A DNA stretch of 64,000 nucleotides, taken from Candidatus Marsarchaeota archaeon. Lineage in GTDB: Archaea > Micrarchaeota > Micrarchaeia > Micrarchaeales > CABMGC01. Below, piece by piece: positions 38,301 to 46,489 of this stretch; position 1 is the first letter of the stretch; each line of letters begins with the position of its first letter. Position numbers and translations under genes: made by a program. The notes under the pieces are model-generated. The model saw only the letters and a program-made list of their open reading frames with translations. It did not search any database and was not told the origin of the DNA. The stretch is from NCBI GenBank assembly GCA_023379055.1, contig JAMCSX010000017.1, positions 35,868-99,867 of the forward strand, given 5' to 3'.

Positions 38301-38479
38301 TAGTGCTGCGCTACAGGAGCTCGCCGGAGATTGCATTGCTGATAGAAAAGAATGAGGCCAAACTGAGATCCGACCTCAGCGCATCCGGAATTTCAAGAGA
38401 GGAAAGCGTGGGCGCAGGATTTGTTAAGGAATTCGAGGTAGGAAGAGAGAGGATAGCCGTAGGGATAGACAGAGCGTGA
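35336..38479 (+). CDS. ileS: isoleucine--tRNA ligase
   Basis: About 1047 aa. Class I layout with a HIGH-like segment (GDLHPGQ), the editing domain WTTTPWTLPSN, Zn Cys pairs and a KMSKS-like segment (REMHKKIGN). The ATG at 35336 is preferred over the GTG at 35327. Confidence 0.9.
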   Translation: MIDLNKNEEHILSYWKEHEILEKTRSKNRGRKSFYFLDGPPFVSGDLHPGQMWVKSMKDVILRYRRFRGYDVYDRAGYDVHGLPIEKRAEAKLGVTSKKDIEAKIGVENFVRTCKDYVESYIGRMDNDYRRFAMSMDFSNPYIPSRTPYMEIEWGYLKSIYEKGLLYEDRRSTTFCTSCGTSVSQGSMEVEYKEDTDPSIFVAFEVNARLSKPRIEIGNELSLLVWTTTPWTLPSNLAVAVNPKERYVIARIGTKRYVLIKNRLDAVATLLNESAIVESEFYGSELEGIYYINPLELQVPKQKEFRRYHKVVMAEGLVSAEEGSGIVHIAPGHGLEDYLVGKKNKLPIFSPVDVQGTYTEDAGTYLGLKVPQDANRRVIDDLKSSGSLVHRGDVTHSYPHCWRCDTKLIFIATDQWFVNIQRVKKKLIRENGKVNWHPADAAKWQEAVLQSSPDWAISRQRYWGTPMPIWRCQSCKEIKVIGSISELRENATNITYVDSLTDIHRPHIDNVVLRCGKCNSEMHRIADVLDVWFDSGIAYRASLTEEQFRLLFPMDFILEAIEQLRGWFSYQLKTSVIVHGKRPFKNVVMHGMMLGSDGREMHKKIGNYVPLHEMLSSGVTADSFRLWCTSHTPQLDLIFSMDKINEANRAIILVYNVANLASEYSDAIGYKPKKIHKPREISRLYPEDAWILSRLHNTIRQVTESLDRYEIYKAANAIRSFFIMDLSRFYLKIAKRRILYSPKASAKSTVDLINYLLYNSLLLIAPITPFVVEKVYLDSFGFEESIFLESWPRYDEKFVNSNMESQFDIALDATTALLNSREKANAKLRWPLANATVEVHSDEAFNAVQRLSGIIEGYTNVKRLLVKKVGRSNVEIRPLYAKIGPRFKENAGVVASALKDADSNVLMESIEKSGEYTLHTEKGPVEITQEYFEAVQRLERTDAVAFRHGMAYVDKEISRELYEEAMVREFERSVQLARKEMGLKKADRIVLRYRSSPEIALLIEKNEAKLRSDLSASGISREESVGAGFVKEFEVGRERIAVGIDRA

Positions 38480-38484
38480 CTATC

Positions 38485-38682
38485 CTATTCCTTTGTGGTG
38501 CCCTTGAAAAGCTTTTGTGCAGGCATCTTTGACCAACAGCTTTTGCATATTACAAGTCGCCATACCTTCGAGACCCTTCTGGAGCTCTTGACGCAGTTGA
38601 AGCATACCTTCTTCTTGCAGTAATTGCACGTGTTGTACTTGTATATCGTCTTTCCGCATCTTTCGCATATCACATAGATCAC
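38485..38682 (-). CDS. small double zinc-ribbon protein (4 x CxxC)
   Basis: 65 aa with four CxxC pairs: CERC, CNYC, CFNC and CKSC. It is basic and I recognise no family. Confidence 0.55.
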   Translation of the reverse strand: MIYVICERCGKTIYKYNTCNYCKKKVCFNCVKSSRRVSKVWRLVICKSCWSKMPAQKLFKGTTKE

Positions 38683-38744
38683 GTTGTAGGTTATGACAAA
38701 GCAGTAAGCTATAAAGAGTTAAGTCTTTTAATAGTTGTGGTGGC

Positions 38745-40034
38745 ATGGCAAAGGCAGTGATAGAGACATACGGGTGCACTCTCAACAGGGCAGACAGCGA
38801 TATTATTGAAGGCATGCTTAAATCAGAAGGCATGGAAGCGGAGTCGAAAAAATACGCAGAAAGCGATAATGCCGACTATGTAATAATAAATACGTGCACT
38901 GTCAAGAGACCGACTGAACAGAGGATACTGGACAGGATAAGAAAGGTCTCCGTCGGGAATGCACGGCTTGTTGTCACGGGATGTATGGCAAGTGCAAACA
39001 GGGACAGGATACTCGCTGTCGCCCCGAGGGCAAGCATAGTTACTACAAGCAACGTGCACAGGATAGCCGATGCCATTGAAGAGCTCGGTGCACGTGACAG
39101 GGTAGATTATGAAGGATACATGAGAAACGACAAGCTCGAATATTTCAGTCCGGGAGGCTCCGTAATTGCAAGGATACCGATAAGTGAGGGGTGCCTGAGC
39201 AATTGCAGCTTCTGTGAGACTAAGTTCGCGCGCGGGGCACTGAACAGCTATTCGGAAAATCTCATACTAAAAGCCATTGAGATCAGTGTGGGGAAGGGGG
39301 CAAAGGAGATAGAGCTGACCTCGCAGGACGTTGGCGCATATGGATTGGATAAGAAGACTAACATAGGAGAACTTCTTTCTGGAATTGCAGACATGGAAGG
39401 CGATTTCAGGATACGGGTGGGAATGCTCAATCCGGAACACCTTCCGAAATATATCGATACCTTGTTAATGGGCCTTGAAGACAAAAGGATCTACAGGTTT
39501 CTCCACCTTCCCCTCCAATCGGCAAGCAATAAGGTCCTCAAAGATATGGACAGAAGGTATACGATAGAGCAGTTCTGCAGCCATGTCGCCGAGATAAGGA
39601 ATAAAATAGGCGACATAAGCATAGAAACTGACATGATAGTTGGATATCCTACTGAGACTGATGGAGATTTTCAGGAATCATTGGCGTTCATAAGGGAGCT
39701 AAGGCCCGCATTCACCAACGTATCCAGATTCGGAGTAAGGCCGCACACAAAGGCATCAAGGCTGAAGCAGATAAGTAACATGCGCATAAAGAATAGAAGT
39801 TCGGAGATGTCCAGAATTGCGAGGTCAATCCAGAAAGAGGATCTGTCACGGCTAGTGGGAAAGACCGAAAGCATACTAATAACAGAACAGAATGACAGGT
39901 CCATAATTGGCAGGGATGATTGCTACAGGATAGTGGCACTTAACAGAGAAATCTGCAATGCACGCTTAGGGGAAAGGTTAAACGCAAGGATTATCGGAAA
40001 TACGTCAGTGTGCCTGCTTGGAACTGCGCTATAG
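38745..40034 (+). CDS. MiaB-like radical-SAM tRNA methylthiotransferase (archaeal MtaB/CDKAL1 type)
   Basis: N-terminal MTTase domain (IETYGCTLN), a radical SAM motif CLSNCSFC and a C-terminal TRAM-like region. Confidence 0.85.
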   Translation: MAKAVIETYGCTLNRADSDIIEGMLKSEGMEAESKKYAESDNADYVIINTCTVKRPTEQRILDRIRKVSVGNARLVVTGCMASANRDRILAVAPRASIVTTSNVHRIADAIEELGARDRVDYEGYMRNDKLEYFSPGGSVIARIPISEGCLSNCSFCETKFARGALNSYSENLILKAIEISVGKGAKEIELTSQDVGAYGLDKKTNIGELLSGIADMEGDFRIRVGMLNPEHLPKYIDTLLMGLEDKRIYRFLHLPLQSASNKVLKDMDRRYTIEQFCSHVAEIRNKIGDISIETDMIVGYPTETDGDFQESLAFIRELRPAFTNVSRFGVRPHTKASRLKQISNMRIKNRSSEMSRIARSIQKEDLSRLVGKTESILITEQNDRSIIGRDDCYRIVALNREICNARLGERLNARIIGNTSVCLLGTAL

Positions 40035-40035
40035 A

Positions 40036-42615
40036 TTATTTGTTAGCCTCAAGGAACTGGATGTTTGCCAGTATCCGCTCTGTGGTGTCTGCATAGGCCT
40101 GCTTCATATCGTCCCTCATCATTCCTTTTTGGCTGAAGAATCGGATTACCTCCTCAAGGTCCTGGCGGGTGTCCAAAACGGATAGTGCTTCCACGAATTT
40201 CCCGATCATGTTCGTTCCGCCGAGATATCTTGACTTCAGCTCCTCAAAATTATCCTCTGTCCATTTCAGTATCATGCCCTTTGCCGCAGGATTGCGATAG
40301 GCGCCGAACGAAGTAAGCTTGAAGGTGTCCTGTATTTTGACATCAGGGGACATTGCAAAGTCAAATGACCTGAGCAGAAGATTTTCGTCGGCAAACATTG
40401 ACATTGCTTTGAGCAGCCTGGCCTTTTCTTCTGCAACCTTCTCTGACTTGAATCTCTCTTTCAGCAGCCCGAATACCTTCTCTCCCTCCGACCTTGCTGC
40501 AATGTAGTAGACTGCGCCGCGTATGTTTGGGTCTATCTCCTCGCCGTTGTTCATGTGTGCATAGAACATCTGAACGGCCTTGGATATGGTTGGCTGGTGG
40601 CCGGCAAATCCCAGCTCGAGTATTGCCGACGGCCGCGTCATTGTATCAAATGCAGTCTCCCCGCTCTTCCTTTCCCATCCGAGTTTATCAAGCAGCCTTA
40701 TGCCATCTTGTATGAGCATATCCTTTGCCCTTTCGTTCTTTCCTTTGGGAAGTGCATTGGACAGCGCGCTGAGTCCGCCCAATACGCTTGAGTTTGTCGG
40801 GTAATCTGCGTCTTTGCAGTATCTCTCAACAAAATCAAGATAGCTTTCTGCGCTTATTCTCCCAGATATTGCGCGTGCAAAAAGGTCATGATGCACACCC
40901 CATGAGTCTATGCTTTCCACCCTCTTTGCGGCAATCAGTGCGCCAAGTCTGTCGACATCATCGCCCTCGTATGCCACCCTGTAAAATCCGTTCTGGCCGA
41001 AGTTAAGCTTTATCCACTGGTCCCTGCCCATTTTTATGCTTGCAGTCCTGCCGTCCATCAGCAGCTGGTGGTCTTCTCCCGACACCTGATAATTGACAGG
41101 TATGGGCCAGCTTGTGGCATCTGACAGATTGTTGAGCAGGAAGTGCCTTTGCTGCTCCAGTTTCACCCCGCTTTTTGTGCGGCTTACTGCTATGGAAGGA
41201 TACCCTGGCAGGTCTATCCACCTGCTTGCAACCTTGGATACGCTTACATCCTTATTCCGCTCCCGTGCAACCTCATCCATAAAGCCCCAGAGATCCGCCC
41301 TTGTTGCATTCGAATACGAATACTTGATAAGATACCTGTGCAGTCCCTCCCTGAATATCTCCTTGCCCGCATAACTCTCTATCATGTTGAGTATGGATCC
41401 CCCCTTTTCGTAAGTTATCGCTCCGAACAGCGTATCTGCGTCTGCAGGAGACCTTACATTGACGCTTATCGGATGCGTAGAACTGAGCTGGTCAGCTGAC
41501 AGGGCCGCAGACGTGTCCTCTGTGATGAACTCTCTCTTCATCTGCCAGTCCGGGAATATGAACTCCATTGCCTTGTAGCCCAGGAATTCGGCAAATGCCT
41601 CGTTCAGCCACAGATCATTCCACCATTCCATTGTGACCAGGTTGCCGAACCATTGGTGTGCAAGCTCGTGCGCGATCACCATTGCAACCCTCTGCAATGT
41701 CGCAATGGAGGTATTATTGTTTGCAAGCAGGTCTACCTCCCTGAATGTTATGGCTCCCCAGTTCTCCATTGCGCCCGCGGAGAAGTCTGGTATTGCGATA
41801 AGGTCGAGCTTTGGGAGTGGATACTTTATCCCGAAGTAATCCTCGTAAAAATCAAGGAATTTGCGCGCAAGCTGGAGAGGTACATCTGCCATGTGACTGT
41901 TGCCATGAGTTGTCAAGACGCTTATCTCCGTATTTCCTGATGTGTCGCTGAGCCTGTCGTAATTTCCGATGCCGAGGTATAGAAGGTAGGTTGACATCTT
42001 TGGCGACTTGCTGAACTTTACTTCCTTAAGGCCGTTTCCAAGGTCAGTCGATGACGCGGACGGCATATTTGATACGCATTCCAGATCGCTTGGCACTATC
42101 ATTGAAACATCAAATACAGCCTTGAACTCCGGCTCGTCGAAGCATGGAAACGCCTTTCTTGCATCGGCAGATTCAAACTGCGTGGTAAGCAGGACATTGG
42201 CCTTATCTCCGTCCACATATGTGCTTCTGTAGAAGCCGTACATTCCGTCATTGTTTGTTCCTGAGAAATCTATTTTTATCTGCGCATCATGGCTGACGTC
42301 ATTGGCAAGCTTAAGCACTATTCTCTCATTGTCTGGATCCACTTTCACAACTGCCTGCTGCACCACGCCATTTGATATGACTACCGCGCCGTTTATTGTG
42401 AGCTCTGCGGCATTCAGCTGTATCTCATTTGTAGCAGACGCTATATTGACGTCTATAACAACTGTTCCGTCAAATGTAGAACTGCCAAAATCAGGTTTGA
42501 CTGAAAGTGAATATTTGTTTGGTGATACATTCCTTCCCAGTGTTTGGTGCGGTTCTTCCTTTCCGCTTGCTTTTTGTTGCTTATTTTTAGTAGGCATGTG
42601 GATTGACTCGGCCAT
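40036..42615 (-). CDS. M1-family aminopeptidase (tricorn-interacting-factor F2/F3-like)
   Basis: 859 aa. Contains GAMENWG plus HELAHQWFGNLVTMEWWNDLWLNEAFA (HExxH-x18-E). Confidence 0.9.
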   Translation of the reverse strand: MAESIHMPTKNKQQKASGKEEPHQTLGRNVSPNKYSLSVKPDFGSSTFDGTVVIDVNIASATNEIQLNAAELTINGAVVISNGVVQQAVVKVDPDNERIVLKLANDVSHDAQIKIDFSGTNNDGMYGFYRSTYVDGDKANVLLTTQFESADARKAFPCFDEPEFKAVFDVSMIVPSDLECVSNMPSASSTDLGNGLKEVKFSKSPKMSTYLLYLGIGNYDRLSDTSGNTEISVLTTHGNSHMADVPLQLARKFLDFYEDYFGIKYPLPKLDLIAIPDFSAGAMENWGAITFREVDLLANNNTSIATLQRVAMVIAHELAHQWFGNLVTMEWWNDLWLNEAFAEFLGYKAMEFIFPDWQMKREFITEDTSAALSADQLSSTHPISVNVRSPADADTLFGAITYEKGGSILNMIESYAGKEIFREGLHRYLIKYSYSNATRADLWGFMDEVARERNKDVSVSKVASRWIDLPGYPSIAVSRTKSGVKLEQQRHFLLNNLSDATSWPIPVNYQVSGEDHQLLMDGRTASIKMGRDQWIKLNFGQNGFYRVAYEGDDVDRLGALIAAKRVESIDSWGVHHDLFARAISGRISAESYLDFVERYCKDADYPTNSSVLGGLSALSNALPKGKNERAKDMLIQDGIRLLDKLGWERKSGETAFDTMTRPSAILELGFAGHQPTISKAVQMFYAHMNNGEEIDPNIRGAVYYIAARSEGEKVFGLLKERFKSEKVAEEKARLLKAMSMFADENLLLRSFDFAMSPDVKIQDTFKLTSFGAYRNPAAKGMILKWTEDNFEELKSRYLGGTNMIGKFVEALSVLDTRQDLEEVIRFFSQKGMMRDDMKQAYADTTERILANIQFLEANK
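41737..41835. repeat. 99-bp tract 100% identical to 44395-44493 (inside the M1 aminopeptidase paralogs)
   Basis: Compared base by base. The tract ctccctgaatgttatggctcccc...ggatactttatcccgaa is identical in both genes. The flanks on both sides diverge immediately. Confidence 0.95.
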
Positions 42616-42696
42616 CCAGATAAGATGATACTGCCCGGATCTATGTGGGAATTATCTCATATATAAAGGGGTAGCATGACCGTCGTGACCGGGATT

Positions 42697-45231
42697 TTAT
42701 CGGTTTGCATCCATGAATCTTATGTTGGAATCTATCTGCTCTAGGGTATTGTTTAGGGAATTTCGCAGGTCTTCACGGAAGTTCTTCTTTGCCCTGAAGA
42801 ATCTTTTAACTTCGGCAAGATCCTTCCGTGTTCTTAGCACGCCGAGGTTGTCTATGTATCTCCCCAGCATATGCGTTCCGCTTGCATACCTCTTCAGCAG
42901 CGTATTCCAGTTTTTCTTCGTCCATCCAAGGAGTATTGCCCTGCCAAACGGATTCGAGGCGCCAATTGCAGGTAGAATATATGAATCCTGGATCCTTACG
43001 TCTTTTGAAAGTGAAAAATCGAATGCCCTGCGCATCAGTCTGCTGTCGCTGAAGAATGCCAGCGATTTCAACAGCCTTATTTTCTCCTCGGGAAGAGATT
43101 CCCTTAGGTATCTGGATCTGAGCAGGTCAAATATTTTCTTGCCTTCGGACCATGCGGCAAGATAGTATACCGCGCCACGTATGTTTGGGTCTATTATCAC
43201 CTTGCTTTTCATATGGTCATGGAACATCCGCACGGCCTTGTCAAGCGTTGGCTCGTATCCTGCAAGCCCGGATCTCAGTATTGCGGCAGGCCTGAGAAGG
43301 GTGTCAAATGTGCTCTCCCTGGGCTTTCTGGACCACCCAAGCTTGCCAAGAATCTCGTTTGCATGCATTATTAGCAGCTCCTTTGAGCGTACGTTGCCCT
43401 CTCCGTATAATCTGTCGTAGATCCATGCAATGCTCCCAAGGACATCGGCATTTAGAGGATAGCCGCCATTAAGGCAGTATCTCTCTGCAAATTCAAGATA
43501 GTCGTCGGCGTGGACCCTGCCGGACCTCGACATGGCAAATATGTCATGTTCAACTCCCCACGAGTCCACATTGCCAAGGGAACCGGAAAGGATAAGTTCG
43601 CCAAGGCGTTCTGCATCTTCCCTGTCATATGATACCCTATACAGACCTGCCTGCCCAGCATTGAGTTTTATCCATTTGCCTTCTCCGACATTTATTGTAG
43701 ATGACCGTTTATTGATAATGACCCTGTGCCTTTTACCAGATACCAGATAGTTTACAGGTATTGGCCACACCGTATTGTCATGCTCTCCGTTTAGAAGAAA
43801 GTATCTGCTTTGCCTTAATGTGACCCCGTGTCTGCCCCGTTTTACATCTATTGAAGGATATCCGGACTTATTTATCCAGAAGCTTGCCACATCGTATACC
43901 ATTACATCCTTATGCCGTGACCTTGCAACCTCGTCTATTGCACGCCAGAGGTCATACTTTGTTGCGTTTGAGTATGCATGCTTTTTAAGATACCTGTGCA
44001 GCCCTTCCCTGAATATCTCTTTCCCAACATAATCCTCAATCATATTGAGTACGGTTCCACCTTTTTCGTAGCTTATTTCGTCGAATATCTGATCCACGTC
44101 GGCAGGCGACCTAACGTTAACGCTGATAGGGTGGGTGGACTTAAGCTGGTCTGCGGCAAATGCAGTTGCAATTACCTGTTGCGTATACTCTACCTTCATT
44201 TTCCATTCGGGAAATACACCGTCCATTGCCTTGTAGCTCATGAATGTGGCAAAGCTCTCGTTCAGCCATAGGTCGTCCCACCACTTCATTGTGACAAGAT
44301 CGCCAAACCACTGATGCGCAAGCTCGTGCGCTATGACCTCTGCTATCCGCTGCAATACTGCAAGAGAGGAATTTTTGTCTGCCAAGATCTCCGTCTCCCT
44401 GAATGTTATGGCTCCCCAGTTCTCCATTGCGCCCGCGGAGAAGTCTGGTATTGCGATAAGGTCGAGCTTTGGGAGTGGATACTTTATCCCGAAATAGGCC
44501 TCGAAGAACTTAATAAATCGCTTTGCATACTCGAGGGATAGGAATGCGAGCTTCCTGTTACCCGGAGTAGTCACAACCCTTACCTTCAGGTCGCCCACAT
44601 TGCCGGTCGCATAGTCGTAATTTCCAACGCCCAGGTATAACAGGTATGAAGACATTCTAGGGGTATCAAAGAATACAACCTCCATTTTGCCGCCGCCGAT
44701 GTCCGTTTCTCTGGAGATGGGCATGTTTGATATGCATTCCAGTCCCTTGTCAACTACCAATGCAACACTGAATATGGCTTTGAAAGCGGGTTCATCGAAG
44801 CATGGAAATGCGTTCCTTGCATTGGCAGCCTCAAACTGCGTTGTGAGGATATGTTTATTTGATCCCTTGTAGTTGTAGCTGCTTCTGTAGAACCCGTATA
44901 GTGCACTATTGTTTGATCCCTCGAAATCAATCTTAATCTGTGATTTGCCCACTATGGATTTCTTGAACTTCAGCGTTATGGTCTGGTCCTTGTTGGATAT
45001 AACAGTAACCCTTTGCACATGAGAACCGGATTCTATCTCCGCAGATTTTATCCTGAGATCCGCGGCATTTAGAGAGATCTGCCTCGTGGGTCTCCTTACT
45101 GTTACATCTATTGATTCGTTGCACAGATATAGAAATGTGTCCTGATTTGGGGTAACTCTGAGGGAATAATGCAGAGGGATAACATTCTCCCCAAGTGTCT
45201 GGTACTTTTTCGTTTCGTTTGCCCCCGGCAT
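42697..45231 (-). CDS. M1-family aminopeptidase (tricorn-interacting-factor F2/F3-like), tandem paralog
   Basis: 844 aa. Contains GAMENWG plus HELAHQWFGDLVTMKWWDDLWLNESFA. Confidence 0.9.
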   Translation of the reverse strand: MPGANETKKYQTLGENVIPLHYSLRVTPNQDTFLYLCNESIDVTVRRPTRQISLNAADLRIKSAEIESGSHVQRVTVISNKDQTITLKFKKSIVGKSQIKIDFEGSNNSALYGFYRSSYNYKGSNKHILTTQFEAANARNAFPCFDEPAFKAIFSVALVVDKGLECISNMPISRETDIGGGKMEVVFFDTPRMSSYLLYLGVGNYDYATGNVGDLKVRVVTTPGNRKLAFLSLEYAKRFIKFFEAYFGIKYPLPKLDLIAIPDFSAGAMENWGAITFRETEILADKNSSLAVLQRIAEVIAHELAHQWFGDLVTMKWWDDLWLNESFATFMSYKAMDGVFPEWKMKVEYTQQVIATAFAADQLKSTHPISVNVRSPADVDQIFDEISYEKGGTVLNMIEDYVGKEIFREGLHRYLKKHAYSNATKYDLWRAIDEVARSRHKDVMVYDVASFWINKSGYPSIDVKRGRHGVTLRQSRYFLLNGEHDNTVWPIPVNYLVSGKRHRVIINKRSSTINVGEGKWIKLNAGQAGLYRVSYDREDAERLGELILSGSLGNVDSWGVEHDIFAMSRSGRVHADDYLEFAERYCLNGGYPLNADVLGSIAWIYDRLYGEGNVRSKELLIMHANEILGKLGWSRKPRESTFDTLLRPAAILRSGLAGYEPTLDKAVRMFHDHMKSKVIIDPNIRGAVYYLAAWSEGKKIFDLLRSRYLRESLPEEKIRLLKSLAFFSDSRLMRRAFDFSLSKDVRIQDSYILPAIGASNPFGRAILLGWTKKNWNTLLKRYASGTHMLGRYIDNLGVLRTRKDLAEVKRFFRAKKNFREDLRNSLNNTLEQIDSNIRFMDANR
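44395..44493. repeat. 99-bp tract 100% identical to 41737-41835
   Basis: See the partner feature. The tract encodes ...FGIKYPLPKLDLIAIPDFSAGAMENWGAITFRE... in both genes. Confidence 0.95.
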
Positions 45232-45241
45232 ATATGCAGCC

Positions 45242-45700
45242 TCATTCTTTTAGTTCCTTTATTGCGACGATTATCTCCTTCTCATGTCCAAGGGGGTTTA
45301 CCTTCGGGAATATTCTTGCTATCTTCCCATCCCCATCTATTATGAACGTTTTTCTTAGTGTGCCTTGGCCAAATATACCTCTGCTGCCGTAGGCTCCATA
45401 GCGCTTTATGGTCTTGCTTGTTGGATCGGAAAGCAGAAGCACCTTCAACCCGTATTTAGAGCAGAATTTAACATGGGAGCCGATATCGTCGTTACTTATC
45501 CCTACCACCTCTGCGCCCAACCTGCGGATGGTCTCGAATTCCGACGTAAAGCTCTTTGCCTCCATTGTACAGCCAGGGGTATCGTCCCTTGGATAGAAAT
45601 AGACTACCAGGTACCTGCCTAAGAACTCTCTTAGAGAGTGTTTCTTACCATCAGAACCGTCTAGATTGAAATCCGGAGCGTAAGCCTTGATATCCAGCAA
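45242..45700 (-). CDS. bcp: peroxiredoxin, Bcp/PrxQ type
   Basis: 152 aa. The active site is YFYPRDDTPGCTMEA. Confidence 0.85.
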   Translation of the reverse strand: MLDIKAYAPDFNLDGSDGKKHSLREFLGRYLVVYFYPRDDTPGCTMEAKSFTSEFETIRRLGAEVVGISNDDIGSHVKFCSKYGLKVLLLSDPTSKTIKRYGAYGSRGIFGQGTLRKTFIIDGDGKIARIFPKVNPLGHEKEIIVAIKELKE

Positions 45701-45780
45701 TAAATCACAGTAGATATATTATCTGCAAATGTTTTTAAAGCTTGGAACGGATATTGTCTGGTAGACTTGGCCGTGATTAG

Positions 45781-46482
45781 TTGATACCGATAATAGGACG
45801 GATATTTGGCAAGAGGGAGACTTCTGAGAATTTGAATCGGCAGGACTCGAGGATAAACGTAACAGTAGTGAATCTCAAGTTTATGGGCAATACGCATGGG
45901 CTTGGTGGCATTAAGTCTGACAAGCCCATTTTTGAGCTCGACATACCGTTCCAGAATAAGATGGGCAGCGAACTGCTCCCTAACAATATAAAGGGCCCGA
46001 AGATAAGGATAGATAAAATCTCGGTAGCAGGGCCGTTTGCGTTGCTGGATATCAGCCCGAAACTTCCGGTAGATGTGGAGTTTATGTCAAGGGCGGTATT
46101 CAGGCTGAGGATAAAGGGACCGGATGTCAGGTATGAGGGCCCACTTTCCGTGAATTTCGGCAATGACCCAGCAGGCACAGTCAATATAGGGATCGGGAGA
46201 ATAATATTACACCATAATGGAAAGGACATCGAGCTGGAAAATTCGCAGATAATCTCAAATATGCAGAGATCACAGGTATTCAGGCAGGGCATACAGCTGT
46301 ACAGGATAATGTCATTGGGAGATACGTTGAACAACATAGCTATAAATAGGCCTTTCGAGGTCATTGACACAGAGCCAAAATTGCCGGTAAACCTTAACAA
46401 GAAGGACAGTTACATAATAAACATATTTATCAAGGCTCCTGACGTAAGTTATTCTGGGAATCTTGACATTGTCTTTGAGTAG
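45781..46482 (+). CDS. hypothetical protein with an internal duplication (two ~50-aa beta-rich repeats)
   Basis: 233 aa with a TTG start in the ORF track. Repeat 1 is ISVAGPFALLDISPKLPVDVEFMSRAVFRLRIKGPDVRYEGPLSVNF. Repeat 2 is IAINRPFEVIDTEPKLPVNLNKKDSYIINIFIKAPDVSYSGNLDIVFE. A TATA-like tttttaaag lies about 45 nt upstream. Confidence 0.6.
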   Translation: MIPIIGRIFGKRETSENLNRQDSRINVTVVNLKFMGNTHGLGGIKSDKPIFELDIPFQNKMGSELLPNNIKGPKIRIDKISVAGPFALLDISPKLPVDVEFMSRAVFRLRIKGPDVRYEGPLSVNFGNDPAGTVNIGIGRIILHHNGKDIELENSQIISNMQRSQVFRQGIQLYRIMSLGDTLNNIAINRPFEVIDTEPKLPVNLNKKDSYIINIFIKAPDVSYSGNLDIVFE

Positions 46483-46489
46483 TGGTTTG

